DNA of 45,437 nucleotides from positions 1 to 45,437 of the forward strand of contig JABLTI010000012.1 in assembly GCA_013166835.1 (NCBI GenBank), written 5' to 3'. Both the position numbers and the translations under genes were made by a program. Origin of the DNA: Promethearchaeati archaeon. Its GTDB lineage: Archaea > Asgardarchaeota > Heimdallarchaeia > JABLTI01. How positions within the stretch are numbered: position 1 is the stretch's first letter; each line of letters begins with the position of its first letter. Of this stretch, positions 39,462 to 45,437 are shown one piece after another. The notes beneath the pieces are model-generated. The model worked only from the letters and a program-made list of their open reading frames with translations. It did not search any database and was not told the origin of the DNA.

Positions 39462-39803
39462 TCAAGCAACATCTTCAATTATAAAGAGAATGCCTGAAAC
39501 GATTCCAAGAATTTCAGCAATACCAGGGATAAAGAGGGACAAGATTATCACAACGATACCAATGACCAAACCACGAACACCTATGAAAAGTGAACCAAGA
39601 CCAACAAGCAAGACAAGCACTGCACAGACGATTGAAACGATGAATTGTCCAGCATATTCGATACCAAAGCCACCTTCCCAGATCCAACTATCACCAATCG
39701 CTTGTCCAAGGAGAGATAATATAGCAAAGACAATCCCAAGAATTCCAGCAATTAAAGCAAGTACTTCAGCAACACGATATAAACTAGTTCTTTTACGGGC
39801 CAT
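39462..39803 (-). CDS. Small Gly-rich multi-TM membrane protein
   Basis: Basic N-terminus followed by about four hydrophobic segments. Confidence 0.7.
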   Translation of the reverse strand: MARKRTSLYRVAEVLALIAGILGIVFAILSLLGQAIGDSWIWEGGFGIEYAGQFIVSIVCAVLVLLVGLGSLFIGVRGLVIGIVVIILSLFIPGIAEILGIVSGILFIIEDVA

Positions 39804-39876
39804 AATAAGCACAATTTACTCATCAAGAAAAAAGAATAAAAGGTTTTGGTAAAAAGAAGAAAGAAAAAGGAGTTAC

Positions 39877-40416
39877 TCATTTCTTCTTTTTCTTCGATGT
39901 TTTCTTACCTGACATTGAAGTTAATAGTATAATGGCTCCTATTAGTATGAATAATCCCATAATAACTGTTGGTATAATGTAACCAGAAGCGTAGCTATTA
40001 AAACCACCGGTAACATCATTTCCATACGGGATGAAGACCATTGAACCAATAAAACCAACAAGACCACCAAATCCCAAAAGAACACCAACAATTGGTCCTG
40101 GCAATTTAGATTTGGATAACTTACATTTCCTCTTCCCAGTAAGTTCATGAATGAGCCAGTAAATTGCACCCAAAACAATGAAGCCTATCCCAATTAGAGC
40201 TAAATAGGTAAAGGCTGTTTGAAAACCAGACGCGGAATAGATTGAAGTAACCCCAAGAACTCGCCACTTAGTAATACCATTAAAGAAGATTCTATACCAG
40301 TTATCACTGTCAACATAATTTTGTACCAAAGCAACTGTTGTTAAGATAATCAATCCCAATGCACCTAAAATAAAAGTAAGAATTGATAATAACAGATTTC
40401 TACTTTTTTTCTTCAA
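39877..40416 (-). CDS. Four-TM membrane protein
   Basis: GGTG RBS 5 nt before TTG; four TMs; Lys-rich termini. Confidence 0.75.
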   Translation of the reverse strand: MKKKSRNLLLSILTFILGALGLIILTTVALVQNYVDSDNWYRIFFNGITKWRVLGVTSIYSASGFQTAFTYLALIGIGFIVLGAIYWLIHELTGKRKCKLSKSKLPGPIVGVLLGFGGLVGFIGSMVFIPYGNDVTGGFNSYASGYIIPTVIMGLFILIGAIILLTSMSGKKTSKKKKK

Positions 40417-40572
40417 AAAAACACCAACTACGTTAGATAATTAATCTACTAACAAATCACATAATAAATTTTCTAGACTAAATTGATGGTTTGGGATTAC
40501 GGATTACATATTTACGTTAAATCTATATCTTAGAAACAAGTAGGATATGTTTATTGTAAAAAATATTCACAG

Positions 40573-41265
40573 TTAACCACAAATTCTCCCTAAGAATCTT
40601 TCAAGTAAGTAACCAATTAACCAAATTATTCCTCCAAGAAAAGCAGAAATTCCAAAGGTAAAAATAAGGAGAAATGAAAATTTCTTTCTTTTAACTTTAA
40701 CTGAGGTTTCATACTTCATATTACTAAAGAACAGCAAGAGACCAAATCCAGCTATCACAGAAAAACCGCCAACACCAATTATGAGGTAAAACACATAGCT
40801 TTCTAGATTAGGATTAATGATTTCAAATATTGAAATAATAGTACTTGCTACAATACCTACACCAAACAAAAAGTAAGAAGCTTGTTTAGCTGCTGGTGGC
40901 ATATTCTTTCCCAGTTTCCGACCTCTTTTAATGGATGAACTATAACTGTCTATTGCTTTCACATTACTAATTTTCCCACAATTAATACAGTATCGACATT
41001 CAGCAAAAGTGGGTTCTTGACATTCATTACAACGAGCAATTGTGAAATGCCCTTTCTGATAGCTATCCCAATATTCACTTACTCTCACCAAACATTTACC
41101 GCACAGAAAGCCTTGAGCTGTACCATAAGTTCTCATAGTGACTCTAATAGCTGCACTACATTTTGGACAATAAATCTTATCAGTAGTTTTTCTAGGTATT
41201 GGTAAGACTAACTCAGAATCAATTTCAATGTCTGTATTCTCTTCAGAAGTAAATGACAAATTCAT
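40573..41265 (-). CDS. Zinc-ribbon (four CxxC) membrane protein
   Basis: CPKC, CGKC, CNEC, CINC followed by three TMs. Confidence 0.72.
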   Translation of the reverse strand: MNLSFTSEENTDIEIDSELVLPIPRKTTDKIYCPKCSAAIRVTMRTYGTAQGFLCGKCLVRVSEYWDSYQKGHFTIARCNECQEPTFAECRYCINCGKISNVKAIDSYSSSIKRGRKLGKNMPPAAKQASYFLFGVGIVASTIISIFEIINPNLESYVFYLIIGVGGFSVIAGFGLLLFFSNMKYETSVKVKRKKFSFLLIFTFGISAFLGGIIWLIGYLLERFLGRICG

Positions 41266-41348
41266 CCCACCCAATAATATCAAGATACTGTAACCTTGAG
41301 ACTTCTTGTTTGTTTCGCAAAAATTGGGTAGAGATTACAAGAAACAAA

Positions 41349-41417
41349 AACTCAAAATCAATAGCACAAAACGAAAACCGGACGAGGGTAAACCAGCCCC
41401 CGTCGCAGGAAAAGGGA
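41349..41417. repeat. Intergenic hairpin repeat, copy 1
   Basis: AACTCAAAATC...AACGAAAACCGGACGAGGGTAAACCAGCCCCCGTCGCAGGAAAAGGGA. Confidence 0.85.
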
Positions 41418-41479
41418 TTATGATATCCTAAAAAAATTATAATAAAGCTTAAACAATAAAAGCATATACTATTCTAATT

Positions 41480-42151
41480 ATGAATAATGAATATTCAATA
41501 ATTGAATATTATCGAAGAAGAGCTCCAGAATATGAAGCTATTTATGGAAGACTTGATTCTGAAATTCAGAAAGAAAATCAAGAAACAGCAGAAATTCTGA
41601 AACAATATTTTATTGGAAGAAAAGTCTTAGAAGTTGCTTGCGGGACAGGTTATTGGACGCAATTATTAGCGAAAACCGCAATGGATATTACAGCTACAGA
41701 TATTAACAAAGAAGTATTGGACATAGCGAAACAAAAAAAATACAAATGCCCTGTTTCCTTCCAAATAATGGATGCCTATCAGCTTGCTTTTGAAGATAAT
41801 AGATTTAATGCCGGATTAGCGAATTTTTGGTTTTCTCACATTCCTAAAAATAAGATTAATCACTTCTTATCAGAGTTTCATCGAGTCTTGCGACCAGGTT
41901 CGAGAGTATTCTTTACAGATAATCACCACAAACACCTTTCTGATTCATTAGGACCAATTAAAACCAAAAAAGAAGATAAAAATACCTACAAATTACGGTT
42001 ATTGAGAGATGATAGTGAATATCTTGTTATAAAGAACTATTACACAATGAAGGAACTTGTAAAAATTTTTAGTAAACATGTAAAGGGATTTTCTGAATTA
42101 AATGTTAATTTTGGTAAATATTTTTGGAGAATTACATACGAATTGGATTAA
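41480..42151 (+). CDS. Class I SAM-dependent methyltransferase
   Basis: YY..RAPEYE.IY, LEVACGTGYWT, FWFSHIP, LRPG. Confidence 0.9.
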   Translation: MNNEYSIIEYYRRRAPEYEAIYGRLDSEIQKENQETAEILKQYFIGRKVLEVACGTGYWTQLLAKTAMDITATDINKEVLDIAKQKKYKCPVSFQIMDAYQLAFEDNRFNAGLANFWFSHIPKNKINHFLSEFHRVLRPGSRVFFTDNHHKHLSDSLGPIKTKKEDKNTYKLRLLRDDSEYLVIKNYYTMKELVKIFSKHVKGFSELNVNFGKYFWRITYELD

Positions 42152-42197
42152 TTTTTTCTTTTAGTTTATAATTGCTTTTTCCTCTCATAAGGACATC

Positions 42198-42767
42198 TTA
42201 CTCTTTCTTTTCATATTCCTTACCGATAGAAAACGCTTTAGCTATTCGTTCACCTATTTTATAATAGTGTAAATCAGATGCATAAAGAAGAGGATCAACA
42301 GTGAGAGCATCAGGTCTTTTTCGATCAGAAACCAAATCTTCATTCACAAAAGTTTCATCAACCTTACCAACAAAAACATCCATGCCACCAACTGGAAATT
42401 CTTTGATAACGTTACATGAAATATTAATTGAGCATTCCTCAATAAGAGGAGCAGTTTTAATGTTTCCAAAAAAGGTTTTGAAGACTTCAGACTTGTCAGT
42501 TTTATGGCCAGTAGCTATGCCACAAAAATCAGATTCGACAACTAAATCCGATGAGGGAAAATTAATACTAAAAGTCTTGTTTTCTCGAACACCTATATTG
42601 GTGTAATGACTTTTGTGCGAAGAAATATACATAGTTGCAGGTCCCAAAGACATAATCCCTACATTACCAACAAGACTATAGTTTGGTTTCTCTTTAACAA
42701 CAGATCCAAAAAGTGCAATGGGGATAGGATACATCAAAACTCTAGAACCAAGGTTTACTTTTTTCAT
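42198..42767 (-). CDS. Flavin reductase family protein (flavoredoxin-like)
   Basis: YP.P, KPN, HYTN.G......FSINFP, DFCG..TG...DK, APLIEEC. Confidence 0.88.
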   Translation of the reverse strand: MKKVNLGSRVLMYPIPIALFGSVVKEKPNYSLVGNVGIMSLGPATMYISSHKSHYTNIGVRENKTFSINFPSSDLVVESDFCGIATGHKTDKSEVFKTFFGNIKTAPLIEECSINISCNVIKEFPVGGMDVFVGKVDETFVNEDLVSDRKRPDALTVDPLLYASDLHYYKIGERIAKAFSIGKEYEKKE

Positions 42768-42814
42768 AGAAAATGATTGTAAATAAATAATAAAAGAATT
42801 AAGTTGAATCTAGT

Positions 42815-42878
42815 AAAATCAATTAGATGGGTGAAAAACCGAACAGAGGGAAACCAACCACAGTCGCGTGAAAAGGGA
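42815..42878. repeat. Intergenic hairpin repeat, copy 2 (diverged)
   Basis: AAAATCAAT...AAAACCGAACAGAGGGAAACCAACCACAGTCGCGTGAAAAGGGA. Confidence 0.75.
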
Positions 42879-42954
42879 GTTTAGCTTCGTTTTTTAAGGA
42901 AATATAATTGAATGATATTTGTGTATAATAGAGCTAGTTTGGGGTGGGTGTTAA

Positions 42955-43305
42955 ATGAGTGAAAAATCCGAAGAACAAAAGACAGAATTCAAACTAGCTT
43001 ATTTTCCGAAAATTTGTGCTGCCGTTTCAAGTATACCTATTTTAGGATTTTTGATTGTAATTTTAGTTGTGTTTGTAGGCGATGCACATCCATATGCGTT
43101 TTTTATTTATGGTGCATTATGTGGAATCATGTTCGGAGTTGGCATCATAGTAAGTATAATAATAAGCATCATTGTGTTTAATATTCAGAAAAAGAAGAGA
43201 ATCGCTAGAAAAATAACTTGTCCAACTTGTCAAGTTAAACATGAACCGAGTACCGAATTTTGTAGTTATTGTGGAACCGATTTAACTGTAACCGAAACAA
43301 GTTAA
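42955..43305 (+). CDS. 2-TM protein with C-terminal zinc ribbon
   Basis: GGTG RBS; two TMs; CPTC-x10-CSYCG. Confidence 0.75.
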   Translation: MSEKSEEQKTEFKLAYFPKICAAVSSIPILGFLIVILVVFVGDAHPYAFFIYGALCGIMFGVGIIVSIIISIIVFNIQKKKRIARKITCPTCQVKHEPSTEFCSYCGTDLTVTETS

Positions 43306-43326
43306 TCGAACTTTTATTTTCATCTG

Positions 43327-43388
43327 AACTCAAAATCCTTACACAGAACGAAAACCGGACGAGGGCAAAGCAGCACCCGTCGCGGGAA
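43327..43388. repeat. Intergenic hairpin repeat, copy 3
   Basis: AACTCAAAATC...AACGAAAACCGGACGAGGGCAAAGCAGCACCCGTCGCGGGAA. Confidence 0.85.
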
Positions 43389-43416
43389 TCTTTTTACATT
43401 GTGGTTTATTGGTTAT

Positions 43417-45437
43417 TCATTCAATAATCGCTTGAATAACTAAATTAGCTATAGTTCGGGCTCTATATTCTTCCATTCGTGCAGTTGATATAACAACCAA
43501 ATTGTATTCTGGGAGTACTTGTATCATTTGACCACCCCATCCCATAGCATAGTACCTATCAGCTTCTACCCAGAAGTGATATCCATAACCAGGAGGTGAC
43601 CAAGGTCCATAAACAGAAACATTTTGCATATAGTCTATTGTTGATAACTGAATCCATTCTTCAGGTATAATCTGAGCTCCATCCCAAGTTCCGTTATTAA
43701 GATAAAGTTGACCAAATTTTGCTAGATTTCGAGGAGTTAAAAATAATCCAATTCCTCCATGATGTACTCCATCCGAACTTGAAACCCATACTACGTCTTC
43801 TTCTTCTATACCTATTGGTGAGAATAAATTCTGAATAGCAAATTCATATGTTGATTGATTTGTTGCTCGTTTTATAATTGCAGATAATAATTGAGACGAA
43901 CCAGTGTTGTATTCATAATAATCTCCAGGATTACCATACATACTTCTGGTTATAATATGTTCAACACTGTCATTTTCTACGCCCATAGCCCAAATATCAT
44001 CGTATTCATCATAGCTAAGGCAAGAAGTCATGGTAAGAAGATGATGAATGGTGATATTTTGTACACGACTATCCATGGGAGCTCCGCTTAATTCGGGGAA
44101 ATAATCCAGTAGTTTATCATCGGTGCCATTTATGTATCCTTTATCAATAGCAATTCCAACTAAAGCTGAAGTAAAACTCTTGGTGGCAGAAAACAAGGTA
44201 TGTTTGGTTGTAACTTTGAAATTTTGTTCTTGAGTATCAAGAAAATAACGTTCATAAATTAATTTGCCGTCCTTGAGAACTAAAATGGAATGAAACTTAA
44301 AATAATCAAATATACTTAAATTATCTTCCAATATATCCGGATCAATTCCAACTTCATCGGGTGTTCCAAGGATCCATTCATCTATTTCCTCAGTTGTATT
44401 TAATTTCGAATGTTTTCCCCATAATTTAATCGTCCAATCCCAACTTGCTGAGGCAAGGTATTGACCATCAGGGGAAAATTTCACAGCTTCAATAGTGTTC
44501 TCATGTCCCGTTAACTCTTCCTTTAGCTTGTATTTCTCCATATCCCAGATCTGTATACTGCAATTATGCATATTCCCAAAAGTTAACCAATAGACATCAG
44601 GCCATTCTAAATCTGAATCCACTGCAATAGCAAGTTCATAATTTAGTGGAGATTGACTAATCGACCAGATTGGTTGCCCTGATTGTAATTCCTTAATCAT
44701 CTCACCCGATTGGTAATCCCATAATTTTACTGTCCCATCAAGACTTGCTGACATAATAGATGACTGGTCAATTGAGAAAATAACTGAAGTTACTATGTCA
44801 GTATGACCTTGAAATACATTTATCTGGGTTCCGGATTCGATATCCCATAAACGAACACTATTGTCCTTTGAACCTGATAGTAAATAGACTCCATCATCAG
44901 ATATTGAAATAGACACTACTGCTTCCTGATGTCCGAGAAATTGCTTCAATATTTGACTATTGCTAGTATTCAAAATTTGCAAGTACTTTTCAGGTTGTCC
45001 ATAATCAGTTTCTACTCCCATGTATTCTCCACCAGCAACCACAAGGGATTCTTCATCAGCCAGCCACTTTAAATCAGTGACTCCCATTGGATAGATAGAA
45101 AATGTCTTAATGTGTTCTCCTGAGGAGACATTCCAAAGATTAATTTTGTTATCATATCCTCCAGAAGCGATAATTTTTCCCGAAGGAGAAAATGCAAGTG
45201 CAATTACTCCGTAGTGGTGTCGAGATAACACATGCAAAGTTTCACCTGTTTCTATATCCCATATTCTTACACTGCCATCAGAGGAACCAGTTGCTAAGAT
45301 TGGATCTACTGGTGAAAAAGCGACTTCCCTTACACGCCAACCATGCCCTCGCAACGTAGCAAAATTATTATTGTAAACACCTCTATCTACTAGAAGAAAA
45401 ATACCAAGAATTCCAGAAGAAACAACAACAAGAATGA
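43417..45437 (-). CDS. WD40 beta-propeller fused to a serine hydrolase (beta-lactamase class C-like); 5' end lies outside the window
   Basis: GH...V..V.FSP....LA.GS.D..VR.WD repeats; FSATK, LLTM, YNT, G.GGQ; frame stays open to the window edge through a hydrophobic segment (ILVVVSSGILGIFLLV). Confidence 0.9.
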   Translation of the reverse strand, partial: ILVVVSSGILGIFLLVDRGVYNNNFATLRGHGWRVREVAFSPVDPILATGSSDGSVRIWDIETGETLHVLSRHHYGVIALAFSPSGKIIASGGYDNKINLWNVSSGEHIKTFSIYPMGVTDLKWLADEESLVVAGGEYMGVETDYGQPEKYLQILNTSNSQILKQFLGHQEAVVSISISDDGVYLLSGSKDNSVRLWDIESGTQINVFQGHTDIVTSVIFSIDQSSIMSASLDGTVKLWDYQSGEMIKELQSGQPIWSISQSPLNYELAIAVDSDLEWPDVYWLTFGNMHNCSIQIWDMEKYKLKEELTGHENTIEAVKFSPDGQYLASASWDWTIKLWGKHSKLNTTEEIDEWILGTPDEVGIDPDILEDNLSIFDYFKFHSILVLKDGKLIYERYFLDTQEQNFKVTTKHTLFSATKSFTSALVGIAIDKGYINGTDDKLLDYFPELSGAPMDSRVQNITIHHLLTMTSCLSYDEYDDIWAMGVENDSVEHIITRSMYGNPGDYYEYNTGSSQLLSAIIKRATNQSTYEFAIQNLFSPIGIEEEDVVWVSSSDGVHHGGIGLFLTPRNLAKFGQLYLNNGTWDGAQIIPEEWIQLSTIDYMQNVSVYGPWSPPGYGYHFWVEADRYYAMGWGGQMIQVLPEYNLVVISTARMEEYRARTIANLVIQAIIE

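Noticed and set aside
39439-39852. 137-aa plus-strand ORF
   Set aside because: Thr/Pro/Ile-rich mirror of the minus-strand membrane gene
41349-43388. Reading the repeat as CRISPR, canonical attC, SECIS, c-di-GMP/cobalamin riboswitch or HDV-like ribozyme
   Set aside because: Copies are separated by whole genes; no RYYYAAC/GTTRRRY pair or integrase in the window; no AUGA/GA core or UGA-containing gene; only short motif resemblances without the required stems

Overview
AT-rich, gene-dense chromosomal window, most likely from an Asgard archaeon (probably Heimdallarchaeia). This is inferred from an archaeal aIF1/SUI1, archaeal Rqc2/NEMF, GGTG(A)-type ribosome-binding sites, and many TPR, zinc-ribbon, WD40 and LVIVD proteins. 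No rRNA, tRNA, CRISPR array, integrase or transposase is visible. Content: two LVIVD + DxDxDG-repeat surface proteins, a heterodimeric ABC exporter, a CorA/ZntB channel, a Zn/Mn ABC importer, SUI1, Rqc2/NEMF, a receiver/pseudo-kinase, an SDR-CPBP-SDR operon, lipid-type acyl- and methyltransferases, two serine hydrolases and many small membrane or zinc-ribbon proteins. Most notable: (1) three co-oriented copies of an unannotated ~65-bp GC-rich hairpin element between accessory genes at 41.3-43.4 kb; (2) an EMC6/RAB5IF(OPTI)-like membrane protein with an extra fourth TM, head-to-head with rqc2 across only 14 bp; (3) a membrane-anchored RING-like protein; (4) genes the ORF track misses or truncates: a 50-aa pure coiled coil, a NUDIX gene with no canonical start, a probable ATC start, a gene with an in-frame TAG, and a broken acetoacetate-decarboxylase-family gene. 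All family calls come from motif recognition by eye; no database searches were run.
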